Shown: piece after piece, positions 13,506 through 27,045 of the stretch
How positions within the stretch are numbered: position 1 is the stretch's first letter
Layout: each line of letters starts with the position of its first letter
Source of the DNA: Vicugna vicugna
Lineage: Eukaryota
Assembly: GCA_013265495.1 (NCBI GenBank)
Contig: MU058065.1
Span: forward strand, 10,271,720-10,335,719
DNA: 64,000 nt
Direction: 5' to 3'
Translations under genes and position numbers: made by a program
Notes under the pieces: model-generated
The model's input: only the letters and a program-made list of their open reading frames with translations
What the model was told of the DNA's origin: nothing
Database searches by the model: none

Positions 13506-16500
13506 TGCTGGGGGAGGGGGGCCTACCATCTTCCTTTCCTCTGAAAAGGTTTTGCTTAACCGGCCATAATATTAAAACAAAGTCTTTGCAGTCAGAAATT
13601 ATACTCATAGAATAAATATGATTCTTCCACTCTCAACTTAAAAAGCTAGTAGAAACAAATATTTCACATCTACCAGAACTTAGAAAAATAAATCAAAATA
13701 AATCAGCTTTGGCTAGTGGAATGCTTCTAGTGTAAAAGATGCTTTGGACATCAATTTCTAATTCTGTTTCTTTCCTTGAAGTTTTTGGTCCACATTCATG
13801 TAATAATAAGCAGAGTCTTATCTATGAAAGATCCATAATATGTATTTATAATACTCATCCAGCAGTTTCAGCTATGTGCTTATTACATCACAAATAAGAA
13901 ATTCTGAATTATCAAATATTTAAACTAAGCATTTGTGTAGGATACTTTATAAGCAGATGATAACCACATACTTATAAAGGTGCATCAGGTTTAATACCAG
14001 AAGTTTTGGGGTATTTTTAGGTTTATTTTAATCTTAGTATTTTATTTTATTTAAGTAGGAGGTAATTTAATGTGCTTAGTGCTTAGAACTTAAAATTTCT
14101 TATTACAGTCCTACAATTATATCAGATAACTTTTGCTACTCTGTACTTCTCATATTATTTACTCTTTGTTTAATGCTATCCACTGCATATTCTTTCATTG
14201 AAATTCTAACCATCTTTGAAAATGCAGATGAGTCCTTTACTCCAGGAACTCCTGAGACAGAACTAATAGGTAAGAGGCTTTATGTGCCAAAAATACAATT
14301 TTTACTTAAAATTTTCATTTTAAAAATTAAAACTTAAATTTTTGCTTCATGTAAAAGTGGCTAGCACATATGTCTTAATTATGTTCATAAACTTACAAAA
14401 AATAAGAAGTATGTCCCCAAATCAATGATAAACTGCTTAAATTGAGAGGGCATTTAGGGCCCCACCTTCTATAGCCAATTAACCCAAAGCTCAGCAAATC
14501 TGTTTCTCTAAAGCCAAAAAACTGGTAGAGTCAGAAAGAACCTATTTTTTCTGACTTCTGGTTCTGGACTCTATACCAAACTGTTTTACATGGTAATTTC
14601 CACACAGTGAATATTCAGTAAATGATTGATGAATATAACTACTTTTAAATTTCGAATAACTCAAGAAAATTCATAGTCTCATTAAAATACTTTGGCATAC
14701 AGTTTACCTTCTTATTGGCTCACTCATGTCCACTGTTTGCATTTATCTTAAAATCATGTTTATTTGGGGGCATATCAGATTTTTAGTTGCTTATTCCTTT
14801 TTTTTTCTTCCACTCCCCTAACAATTAAAAGTAGGTTTTGCCAAAAGCCTGAAATGCATTACATATCATTAAAACAAGGGAAGAGAACAAGAGCTAGGTA
14901 ATGAATCAGAAAGCAGGCTAAGACTAACTATGTATGGGTCTGAATATAAATCAAAGTTTTGGGCCTTCTGGAAATTGAAGCACATGAGGGAATGTAATAT
15001 GCTATGTCACCTCATTATTAATTTACGCAAGTGGACCAGGGAAATACAATACAATGTTTTCTAATATAAATAATAAGGGACATAGCAATGAATCGTATAT
15101 ATGAGACATTAGTTTATAGGAAAATAACTTCAATAGTTCTTTTAAAAAAGATCAGTAGCATTATTTATATTGCTATTTTTAAGGTATTGCCTCAATAAAA
15201 GGCAAAGACATAATGTTATATATTTTGTTTCTTGAAGACAGTTCTAAGCATAATGAATTGATGTAATAGTTAATCTATGTAGTTTTCAGGTGATTTTTTT
15301 TTTTCAATTTAAGTTTAAGAGGTTAAGGGTGGGTGTTGGAAAACCTATTGAATGAATAATCAAAATGCTTTTCTTTACCTGTTAATTGTATCATGATTTC
15401 TTTGGATGGAAACTAGAAGGTAAATAATTCAAAATGAAGCCATTGGTCCTGAAATACAAATAAAATTCTGTATTATTTATGGAAATCTTTAAATGTTAAG
15501 AATGTAGGTGGCAAGCTTTGTTTTATAACACAAAGGCTCTGACATATATGTGGCCCATGTATTTCTCCTTTGGGGTCAGCTATAGGAAATCCTATAGGCA
15601 GGATAAAGACTTTTTAAAGTAACACCATTTCATCTGCTCAAATGCTTAAGCAAGTACTGTATTGAAGTGCCCAGCTTCTTCACTATACTGCTTGAAAGGT
15701 ATGAGCTGGAGTTTGGGGGATTTTAAAACTTAGAATTGTATTACTCTAGGTCTTGAGAAATTGAGTCAATGTTCTCCAGATGCCTACAATTCATTTGATA
15801 ACAAGTTTTCTTACGATCTTTCCAGGGTGCCAAAAAGAATGTGGGACTTGCCTCTGTCCTATTCATCATAAATCTGTAGAGTTATTGATTTTTAACTCAA
15901 AAAAGCTTTTACCCTACTTCGAGACATATAAAGGCACAGTTTTCTCTGTTGGGATTCCATTCCTCGCATGCAGCTATTATGTGACACTGTGATAAGGACA
16001 TGGAGGTATCATCAGAAGCACTTTTCAGCATGTAGTTCTTTCCAATTGACTCAAAGGCAAATGACAGATCAGTAAGTACAACAAAATGCCATAAGTTGTT
16101 ACAAGCTTCTCAATGCGTGGGAGTAGAATGTAGCAATTATAATTAGGAGTTAACATAATGAGCCTATAGCCTCGCAAGGTTTTAGAAAAAGAGGTTCAGA
16201 ATGGCAGTTACAGAAAAGAAAAATAATAAGTATAACAGCAATCATCCCAAGTTATGAGAACTTCTGGAAGAACAGAGCCCCAACTCAAAGGAAAGGATTT
16301 AGATAATTGGGTAAACAAGGTTCTTTATACCAGCTTTCTAACATTCAGAGTTATTAGTTAAATGAATGAAATCAAGGGAACTGTGGCCTTCCAAGGACAT
16401 ATCTATTGGTCTGTAAACCACAAGAACAAAGATTTGGCTGAAATTGTTCAACTAGTCATTGGTAGAAAATTGTACCTAGATAATTCTTAATTTATGTCAA

Positions 16501-17953
16501 AGACAGCTCTGTCCTCAAAATATCATTCATTTTTGTAACTAATGACAAATATAAACTCGCTCAGTAAGATATGTTTGAAAACTAATATGGTACTTTTAAT
16601 TGGCATATAATATTGACCTTTGCAATATTTTGCTAACTTCTTATTAGGTTTTTTGTTTTGTCTTTGTTGTTGTCACTGCTGGTTTTGTTTGTTTCTTTGT
16701 TTTTGCTTTTGCTGCCCTCAAATACTCAGGTGGCCAAGGCCTACTGATGCCAGTGAGAGGAAGGTTAGGGGGTCTCAGGCTCTCTCATTTATGGGTATGT
16801 ATTTCATTCCTCTTAGAGTTATCTTGCTATTATAGACCTTTCAACGATAACTCAGTTTCTGAGCTTCCCTGGCTGATAACAAGACAAAAAAATAAAAAAA
16901 TAAAAATGAATTCACAAAAATGGCCTCCTCAAGGCAAATGTGACTGCTATGACAGACAAAACCTAAGCTACATTCAGAATATTTTATGTTGCATAAAGTT
17001 CTCTTCCTGCAGAATTTCTAAACAGCATCAGGCTGTAACACCTTGCAGTTTGATAGAGAAAAAGAGTGAAATGATTTAAAGATATGGAGCATTGGTATAT
17101 CCTGTATTCTGCTGACTTATTCCTTCTGTAGGGTTCATTCTTTTGTTCCATTTACATGCATCTGAACACACACAACCTTGCAGCCACTGTGATGGGTAAG
17201 ATGCTGCAAGAATAAAACATATCCTGTTGGCAAGAGCTTTCTAGCCTCTGTTACGGGTAGCATCATGAACACTAAAAACGATTTCTTTAATTTCTGTTAA
17301 ATATAGTACTATAATCTCATTGGTTAATGACATTTAGGATCCACTATAAATGTCAATTTTATTTCCATTGAGGACATCATTGAGGTGTGATTATGACATG
17401 TCTGTAAGAGGACCCTGTAATTCTGTCAGGATACAAAAGCTATGGCAATGGCTCTATAGAAGAGAAATCTGCTTTCACGGAGTTTCAATTTCAGTGAATA
17501 CCATCTAACACATACCCCTACCCTTTGTGCAAATGTCTTCATGTGAATGTGGACTTGGCCTAGGGTAAACCTCTGAATAACAACTCACAATTGGAGTCCA
17601 ACCATGTTTGAGTTTCATAGGTTATAAAGAACACAGTGCTTTCTTTTTATGAAATTATATTTTGTTGTTTTCAAATAAAATAAAATTTTTAGAATATTAA
17701 TTGTAAGAAACAAAAAGATAGCATCATTAACTTGTCTCCAGTCTCCTGTTCTAAGCACGATTATGTCCTGTTCTGAGACAATAGGAATGTTGTTTGCTTA
17801 TTGAAATTTCTCAGGAGTTGCGCTTCCTTGCTTATTGTTGACTACTTTGTAGAAAGAAGCCCAGAATCCTGTGGCTGTCACCAGAAATTCACTAAATAAG
17901 CACTTACAGGAGATATATATCATCTTGAAACTATTTTATGTTAGCTTCTCCGT

Positions 17954-17984
17954 ACAGACACAGACACAGACACACACACACACA
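17954..17984. repeat. (ACACAG)n/(AC)n microsatellite
   Basis: acagacacagacacagacacacacacaca. Confidence 0.85.
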
Positions 17985-20117
17985 TTCACTAACTAACTTG
18001 ACTTTGGCAACCCCAAAGGATGTGACATTTCTACTTTAACTGAACCAAAACATCTTCTTAGAGCCAAAAGAATGGGATAACTTTTAGATACCATGCAAAA
18101 TCCACCAGAATAAACTATTGAAACTTTCATGGTAAGCAATATAATCATTCCCAGACCATTTTTAGTGTGTAGATCAGAAGTCGAGACTGTTCACCATAAG
18201 GTTTGTTTTATGTTGACACAAATAGTAAATTTTTACCATCATTTGAACAGTTAGATATTTAATGTAAAAGTATATTTCACATAAAAATCTAGATTTTGAA
18301 ATTCCCTTGGCAAATCAGAAGCTATGACTACAATGGGCACATGGTTTTGCAATGTAACAATTGCTGCCACCTAGCAAGGGGTTATTTTTCCATTTTTTTC
18401 CCCACAAATCCCTATTTTGTTGATTCTGAGCCAGTTGCCATGTTCCATCGTATGTCCAGCTGGATTCACTCATTTAAACCCTTTCTCTGGTCTCACAGGT
18501 ATTTGAGGTATGGCCATCACCTTGGAAAAATCATAAGCTGTCACCCAACATTTTAGATAATAGAATGTCTTTACATCTGAATTTTCCCACATTCAGTTTT
18601 TTTTCCTTCTTTAGACCAAGTGTTTATCCTCTGTTATTTTGAAATTTTTGTAGATTTATTTACATTCTTTCTCTTCTCCTTGAAATTACATTAATTTTAT
18701 GCAGACAAGATGCAAACAGAATATTGTAGAAGATTCTTCCCAATGCCCTATGATTTCACATGTAGCTTTTAACAATACCAGAAGCTTATGCTCCTGAGCA
18801 TCTCCTTTCACAGGCAAGGTTCCATATTTCAAATATATTACTCTAATTTCATTCTTATTTTCTTTATATATGATAAATAAAACCTTCTTTGTGAAGGTAT
18901 TGAGATTTAGTTACTGTTTCGCAAAGGCTTTTGATGATGAAAAAAGATTATTTAGGTTGCATATTAATGTGAAAGTCAGTGCAAAAACAAAATCTGCCAA
19001 ATAAAAGTTTTCACTCTGTTTTGCCTTCAGGATTTTGTTGTACAGCATATTATATGTTGATACATTATCTGATAAAAACACTGTTTGCAATGATACAAAT
19101 TAATAGATTTATCATTTTTATCAAGTAATAGAAATAAGTACTCTCCTGGGAAATAGGACTTCTCTCTGAATTAAGGCAATTAAAATTATGCCACTGAACC
19201 ACCAAATCTTAGTCTTGTGAGTTTATTTAAAATTGCTTCTGGTCATATGAAACACATTTTTAATGAGTAGCATAGAGGAATGGAAGTACTTAAGCATATA
19301 AAGGCTCCATGGTACACATCATTTTGAATCCCTGTTAAAGTATTTATCACATTAAAAAAAATAATCCTATTACTTACTTCTGATAGGAAAGTTATACTTC
19401 CACTATTGTCTAGGACTTTTTTTAAGTAGGAGCTTGTGGTATTCCAAGAATAATGTAGAGTAACTTATTGTGTTTCATAGTTTACTATTAATATGTATTT
19501 CCATTCTTTTATAATTCTGTATCATGCACTTTAATTTAATATGTGCAAGTTTTCTTTATATACTTAGGAATGTGTCTTTATACAATTTTAAGAGTGCATC
19601 TATTGATAAATTTTAGGAAAAAAAATTTACAATTTGACCTGCAACTAAGGATATTAGTGATTATCCCAATGATCCTAGTAGCATTCTAGACTGTAAAAAC
19701 ATTCAGGTTAGGAGATATATGTGGTTTAAACATTTTGAAAATGGGTATATTGGATTGTGTTTTTCATAAAGATGCTAGAATCATGTGTTCAGTTAATTAT
19801 AGGGATAAACGTGACATTAAAGTTACTTTATAAAATTTTTACATAAATACCCATAATAATGGGTGTTTACTCATGGTATTGTAAATTTCTTTAATATGAA
19901 GGAAATAAGAAAATATAATGTTACCTGTACCCTATTTTTGTATTATCATTTTATTAATTATTCTGAGAAAAGACATTGTATTACATAATCTCAGAAACAG
20001 TCTTCTACAAGTCAGGCAGGCACAGAGCCGTAAAACATGTTAACAGATGAACAATTGTACAATACATCTATATCTTACTCCTTGGATTCCTGCCAAGAAA
20101 TCTTTGGGGAAGTGAAG

Positions 20118-20597
20118 TGTAATGGTTAATTTTATGTGTCAATATGACTGGATCACAGGGTGTCTAGGTACTTGGCTACATATTATTTCTAGGTATGTCT
20201 ATGAGGGTATTTTCAGATGAAATTCACATTTGAATGCGAAGACTCAGTAAAGCAGTTTGCTCTCCCCAACATAAGAGGGCACAATCCAATCCATACAGAG
20301 CCTAAAAAGAACAAAGAGGAAGGAAGGAAGAATCTGACCCTCTCTGTCTGATTACCTGAGCTGGGACATGGATCTTTGACTATTCAGCATGTTCCCAGTT
20401 CTCAGGACTTCCTACCAGATGGGAAACTAAACCGTCATCTCCTCTGGTTCTCAGCTTTTCTGGGTCTCTAGTTTGCAGATGGAAGGTTGTGAGGGCATCT
20501 CTGTTTCCATAATTGCAAAAGCCAGTTTCTTACAGTAAATCTCTTCCTATATGTATATTCTATAGGTTCTGTTTCTCTGGAGAATCCTGAATAACAC
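20118..20597 (+). mobile_element. ERVL solo LTR (MLT2 family)
   Basis: Starts tgtaatggttaattttatgtgtcaa; ends gttctgtttctctggagaatcctgaataaca. Confidence 0.88.
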
Positions 20598-20795
20598 GTC
20601 AGGTAAATATTGCCAAGATGTAAACATGTTCTTTCTTTTTCCCTTAGATGATAGTAAATGGTAGAGAATTTAACCAGGGGCAATAAAAGTATGTGAAAAT
20701 CTTTCAAATTATTATTCCAATATCTATCATTATTATCTATTGTGTAAAGGCCATTTTGAATGTATATATTTACACACCTTTAGAAACACCTGCTG

Positions 20796-20844
20796 CAAGT
20801 CCTTGTTACAAGTCAATGTAACAAGTCATTGTTACAAGTCAATG
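20796..20844. repeat. 13-bp tandem repeat, ~3.8 copies
   Basis: caagtccttgtta / caagtcaatgtaa / caagtcattgtta / caagtcaatg. Confidence 0.85.
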
Positions 20845-21120
20845 AGATGATTTTCACTAGAAAACAAGTGTCACCGCCTAATCTAATAATAATGCTTTCA
20901 ATATTTATTTAACTTTAGAGTTTTTTTTATATGTTTGTTTAAATGTTTCTTAAATGTGATAAAAGCATCCCACATAGTTACTTCTCTAAGAAGAAATTGC
21001 ATTCTCTTTTAGTTTAAAAACCATCTTATTTATTTTGAGCCTCACTAATCAAGATGCCTGGCTTTCTCCAGACTTTCAGCTTCTGTGCCCTTACCCCCAA
21101 GTCCTTATATGAAGTGTCAG

Positions 21121-21203
21121 TTATTTTTTTAATTGAAGTATAATCAATTTACAATGTTTTGTTCATTTCTGGTGTACAGCATAGTGACTCATTTATACAT
21201 ATA
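21121..21203 (-). mobile_element. Very short L1 3' end fragment
   Basis: ttttttaattgaagtataatcaatttacaatgtt...ctggtgtacagcatagtgactc; same type as 12079-12410. Confidence 0.75.
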
Positions 21204-21767
21204 GTTGTATCAATTGTAATTTAAATATTTGACAGAGTCTTCGAATACAGACAACCATTTTTTTTTCTTCCCTTTGGACTTTGATACATAATAATTCTGA
21301 CCAGTTGCAGTTAATCAGGCATATAATAAAAATACCATAATTGTGAAAGTCAAAATTACATTCAAATGACAAAAACATTATGGAGTTTTAGTCTTTTTGT
21401 GATAACAACAGAAAGCAGTGCTCTGACTTGCTGATCCTATTGGGATGCCATGAATTAAATGTTTTTAAAATGTTCAGGGCCACAGTTAAAAATCTCTGCA
21501 TGCAGAGCACTTTTGGTGTATGCAAAGAATGTCTTAATTGGTTGACTACCAATTAAGTAATGCTCTTACCTTGTTGTAAATTTTGAAAATATTATGTGTT
21601 CAAAGAGAAATCTCTGAAAGAATTCCACTGAAATTCTAATGAAACCCATCCCTTAAATGGATGGGGATGAATGAGGGGAGGCAAAAAAGAGAAAGCTAAG
21701 GACAAAAAAAGTTTAATAGATCATGATTTACAGAACAAGGGGAGGGTGTTAATCCATGTATCATTTA

Positions 21768-21907
21768 TAGCTGGCCCTCTGTATCCTCAGTTCCTCCACA
21801 TCTGGAGATTCAATCAATCTCTGACCACATAGTACTGTAGTATTTACTACTGAGAAATATCTGCATATAAGTGGAACCATACGGTTCAAACCCGTGTTGT
21901 TCAACTG
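21768..21907. mobile_element. Tigger2-derived MITE (TcMar-Tigger)
   Basis: tagctggccctctgtatc ... catataagtggaaccatacggttcaaacccgtgttgttcaactg; TA dinucleotide on both sides. Confidence 0.75.
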
Positions 21908-21914
21908 TATTATG

Positions 21915-22372
21915 ATTTAGTCCTTTGTAAGGTGGCTTCATCATTCTTCTAGCAAGAAGTGAGTTCTAACTCTTTCTTGGAATTTGGGTTTTATCGTGCA
22001 ACTTGCTGTGACTAATGAGACATTTGCGAATGTGACACAGCTTGCTCATTGGTGCATGCCTTTTCTTGTTACTGTTGGAACACAGCCATTGGTGTGTTGC
22101 CCTTTTTCATTGCTTTTGAAACACAGTTGTGAAATGAAGATAGCCTGTTAGATCTTGGACACATGTGGCTCAGCTGCCCCAATTCCCAAGTCAAATGCCA
22201 GCTTGTCTACCAGAAGACTGAATCTGCATGAGAGAACTACAGTGAGAGTGGTAAAGGAACGCCCAGTGAAGACCAGGTCAAATTTTCCACTCACAGGATC
22301 CTGACCTAATATTTACTATTTTTAGCCACTAGTTTCAGTTTTGTTTTCTATGCAGCAAAAACTAAATGATAT
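21915..22372 (+). mobile_element. MaLR LTR (MLT1 family)
   Basis: Ends tttagccactagtttcag...tatgcagcaaaaactaaatgatata. Confidence 0.65.
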
Positions 22373-25300
22373 AGATGGAGTCTTTGTTTTTCTTTCTCTT
22401 ATTTGTATGAAGTCATATTAAAATCAGCCAGAATTTGACTTGCCCTCAGGAATTCCTTCACTTGTAACCATGCCTGGATAAATTTGAATTGTGTTTCTCT
22501 GCAATATTACTTAAATAATCCTACGAATAGTGGCAATATTCTTTGAGAAAAAAGTATTTTCCCAGTGATTTAAAAAAGTAGTGTGTGTAAGATTTAAAAA
22601 TTGCTTTCCACTTTAGAGCAGAGAGATTAGAAAGAATAATCAGAGTAAAATATCTGCTATACTACTAAGCTAAGAAATAGGCAGATAGCAAGATAAAGTG
22701 TGGTTAAAATTATTAGACTTAGGGCAGAAATAAAATTATCTTTCTGGAAACACAGATAGGTAATAAATGGATATACCTGATAAGTAAAAATACCAAAAGA
22801 GACCTAAGCAAACACAGTGGACAGTATATTAGAACTGAAAAAAAATCAATCCAACAAGTGGAAAATTTTTCCTGAATTTGTGATATTAGAAATTTTTCTA
22901 CTTGATTTTGATGTTGATTTCAAATGCAGGCAAATTGGAAGGAGTTATGAAAAGTTTCTCAAATATGATTAAGGAACCGAGGTATTTATGAAGGATTAAA
23001 GGATATAAGTGCAGAGGTCTTTGCTAAAGGGATGTGGATGAAAATAGGAGTCTTGAAAGGCATACAAATAATTTTTAAAAAGATTTTCTTATTAATTTCA
23101 GTACTCAGAACTCTTTGAAAACTTCTACCCAGATTATATTATATTAAAAATTAGACAATTTTTCTCTATATTCCAGAAAATACACTATGAAGGAAAAAAA
23201 ATTTGGTAAAATATAGTATTGTTCCCCCAAAATGGACAGAAAGGTCATATATTTAAAATGACAAACTTGGGTAGGCTGGTGATAATAACAATTACTTATT
23301 TTTGATTCAAGCACAAAGTAAGTTATGCAGATGCTGCCATTGTATGTATTTAACAGTTTGCTTCCCAAAATACTTGTAATTGCACATTATAGGACACATA
23401 TAAATTAAAAGCATATAAACTAGAAATACAATATCAAAACATGATGAACCAAAATCTTAATATAATTGTTGTGATTGAGCAATAAATTTACCTCTGAGTT
23501 TTCTGTTATCCAAAATAACATTTCAGAAGTGACAGGTTATAAATTTTGTAGTCAGATGAAACAAGTGTATTTATCAGGAGATATAAATAAAATAATGATG
23601 ATGTCAGAAAATCCAAAGAGTTCCTCATTGTTTCTGAATTTATTGAAGTTTTATTCTAACACCTTAGGAAAACTGCTTAATGTTCTCAGACTCAGTTTAC
23701 TGGCCTATGACAGTTCTTGGAGTTATTTTTATCTTAGGCAAATGTTTTTAGGTAGTTCTTTGTTACTATAACTTGAACTCCAGTGAGAATCATTCTAACC
23801 CAAGTTAATAGAATGTCCTTGTTTGCAATGTGTTCTGCAATGCTTTTTATTATCTATTTTCAACAATAACAGCAGAGGGAACTTTTAAGCTCAAATAGCA
23901 TTGTGATAAATATTAAATCATTTAAGTCTTCTGGGAAAATATAAGAATAGCAGAACTTAGAGGGGAGAAAGTAGAAACTCCACTATGATTTAGGGTAGAG
24001 ATGATAAGTTAGATTTTATCTGAATAGATACAGAGACCATATTTAGGCAATTAGAATACTCTGAAAATATGACTTATGTACTTAGAGACTAAAATGATCA
24101 ATTTAGAAAAAAATCTGGGACCAATAAGAGCCTTATTAATATTTCTCAATTTGCCATTACTGACCACTTGTTATGAGAAATTTATGATTGGTTTATGTTC
24201 TGACTTGACATTGGGAAATGTCACTTAGAGCAGTGACAAGTGCTTCCATAAGGTCTGTGCTGTCCGATCAAGGAAATGACATCATTCTTATACAATCAGC
24301 TTGCTCATGGTTGCTTGCCAATTTTCCGGCCATCTTTTCACTGTCATGATCATCATTATGAGTTATAAGCCTCTTACCAATAATTTGAATGACCTCAATT
24401 TCTCTTCACATTCTTCTTTAGCGCATGATATGTTCATTTTACTCTTTAACATCTTTCACGTTTCAGCAAAGTAGTCATTTAAAATGCATGCGGAGCTAGA
24501 AAGTAAATTACTAGGGTAAAGGGCATTTCAAGATGATTGAAAATATGCCTCATGAGCTGTTGCCTTCTTTATTTCACAGTTAGAGTTACTGAAAAGGTGT
24601 TAGAAATGAGATTTCACAAGTAAATATATACGTACTGTATAAATTTTCTCTTTCACTTTTCCTTTCTTTAATATTTGTACATGATCCTTATTATCATAAA
24701 ACCTGAAATGAATAATAACATCTATGACAGAGCATTGCAGGATTAAATACCATGACAGATTTAAAATATTCAGGCACTTAGTTGAAGTTTTATATTTAAG
24801 ATTTCACCAAAAATTTGAGGCCTTTTTCATGGTTGCTGATATGTTTTAATTCCTTGCTTATGATGGTAATTAATTTCATATGCATTTTCCCATATATTAT
24901 GTGAACATACATCTCTTCCAGAGTAACTTGAAATAATCAGTATTTTTGTTAAACAAGTAAGAATTTAGATTCTGCAAAGCAAAGTTTATCAAGCCATAGC
25001 CAGTGAACATAATGGTTGATCACTGTTACAATAATGTGAGATTGATTATATATTTTTAATACATTTATGTGAAGTTATCTCTCCCTTTCTTCTTTGAAAA
25101 GCTTATTCTGCAAGTCCAAGCCAGTGTGTTATACATGTTCCATTTTCTTGTTTTCTTTCCCCATTTCTCAAAGGATAAAGTTTTAAATGTTGTCAATGTG
25201 TAGGCCAAAAATAATAATTTGAACCTGAGAAAAAAGTTCTAGAATTTAATCTATTTTATTAAGCTATTTTTATGAATATTTCATACATTATTTAGTCAGA

Positions 25301-25487
25301 CCCATATCTGCAGACCTTTGGCCAAGTAAGCCAAACAGGGTATAGTCTGAGGGACCCTGAGAAGTTCTCTTACAGCAACATTTCTGTACAGTCTAGCCAT
25401 TTCTTCCTGAAACCTCATTCTTTTGGTCTTAAAAGACTTCCGTTTAAAAGCAAATAACTCAATATGAGTTCTAATTCGTTATGTTTT

Positions 25488-27045
25488 TTTTTTTAATTTT
25501 TTTAGACTTTTAAAAATTTTATTTCTTTTTCTTTTTTTTAACTTTTTTATTGATTTATAATCATTTTACAATGTTGTGTCAAATTCCAGTGTAGAGCACA
25601 ATTTTTCAGTTATACATGAACATATATATATTCATTGTCACATTTTTTTCCCTGTGAGCTACCATAAGATCTTGTATATATTTCCCTGTGCTATACACTA
25701 TAATCTTGTTTATCCATTCTACAATTTTGAAATCCCAGTCTATCCCTTCCCACCCTCTGCCCTCTTGGCAACCACAAGTTTGTATTCTATGTCTATGAGT
25801 CTAGTTCTATTTTGTATTTATGCTTTGTTTGTGTTTTCTTTTTTTAGATTCTACATACGAGTGATCTCATATGGTATTTTTCTTTCTCTTTCTGGCTTAC
25901 TTCACTTAGAATGACATTCTCCAGGAGCATCCATGTTGCTGCAAATGGCATTATGTTGTCGGTTTTTATGACTGAGTAGTATTCCATTGCAGGGGGCCAC
26001 TCATGACCTGAGGACTGCCAAGCACAGAGGTTGGGCCTAAACTCCCACAGTGCAGGGCATCAGGCTCTGAGGTTGATCTCTCAAGGACAATCTCTGTCCC
26101 GCCATCCCTTTGAGGAATGTGCCAGGTGCATTAAGGCCTGAAGGAACATCCTGAGCTATTAAGTCACTAAGGACCTTTGGAAGGAGAGATACAATCAGCA
26201 CGCAAGTTAGTGATCTTAGCCTGAAGAACAATCACCTGAGATAATAGTACACGAGTCACGATGTTAGCTTAGAGGAACAATACCCTAGTTTATGATCTTG
26301 GTTTCAGGAACTTTTAATCTTAGTTTTATGAGAACTGTAAACAATAGTAAAGTCTGCAACAATATACAAGTTAATGATTTTAGTACACGTTGTTAATGTA
26401 CCCTAAAACAATACCTTTGCCTACATGCAGGAATGTATGAGCTAATGGGTTAAAATCATATAAATTTACTGCTGGAAATAAACTCGTCGTCCACTCTTGA
26501 CCTAGCGTCTTGCGAGCTAGAGTGAGACCCTCTCAACCCCACCTTTTAGTCTTGTCTTTCTTTCTCAGTCCTGCAGCACAGGTTTTCTGGACCTGATCGA
26601 TTGTCGGCAGGCTCCGGTATTCCATTGTATAAATATACCACATCTTCTTTATCCAGTCATCTCTTGATGGACATTTAGGCTGTTTCCATGTCTTTGCTAT
26701 TGTAAATAGTGCTGCTATGAACGTTGGGGGTGCAGGTGTCATTTTGAAGTAGGGTTCCTTCTGGATATATGCTCAGGAGTGGGTTTCCTGGGTCATATGG
26801 TAAGTCTATTCCTAGTCTTTTGAGGAATCTCCATACTGTTTTCCACAGTGGTTGCACCAACCTGCTTTCCCACCAGCAGTGTAGGAGGGTTCCCCTTTCT
26901 CCACAGCCTCTCCAGCATTTGTCATTTTTGGATTTTTGAATGATGGCCATTCTGACTGGTGTGAGGTGATACCTCATTGTAGTTTTGATTTGCATTTCTC
27001 TGATAATTAGAGATATTGAGCATTTTTTCATGTGCCTGTTGATCA
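25488..27045 (-). mobile_element. Young L1: non-inverted 3' part (ORF2 C-terminus, 3'UTR, polyA), interrupted by an LTR at 25988-26619
   Basis: ORFs 26675-27031 ([29 protein letters not shown]...HCWWE) and 26533-26742 ([19 protein letters not shown]) are L1 ORF2 C-terminal sequence; T-tail at left; TSD taattcgttatgtttt (25472-25487) / taatttgttatgtttt (27593-27608). Confidence 0.95.
25988..26619 (+). mobile_element. Solo LTR, ERV2/betaretrovirus-like (632 bp), nested in L1
   Basis: Perfect 6-bp TSD ttccat (25982-25987, 26620-26625); starts TG, ends ccggTA (canonical CA altered); TATAAA 26459-26464 closely followed by AATAAA 26477-26482. Confidence 0.9.

Noticed and set aside
16620..16835. 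Cys/Phe-rich ORF
   Set aside because: Arises from TG/T-rich low-complexity sequence
20796..20844. CRISPR-like repeat
   Set aside because: No unique spacers, far too short, mammalian context
21570..21613. Minus-strand 44-nt exon-like segment
   Set aside because: Short pyrimidine tract, frameshifting length, no partner exon
24180..24430. Higher-complexity non-repeat stretch, possible exon or conserved element
   Set aside because: No convincing open frame or splice sites; conservation cannot be judged from one sequence
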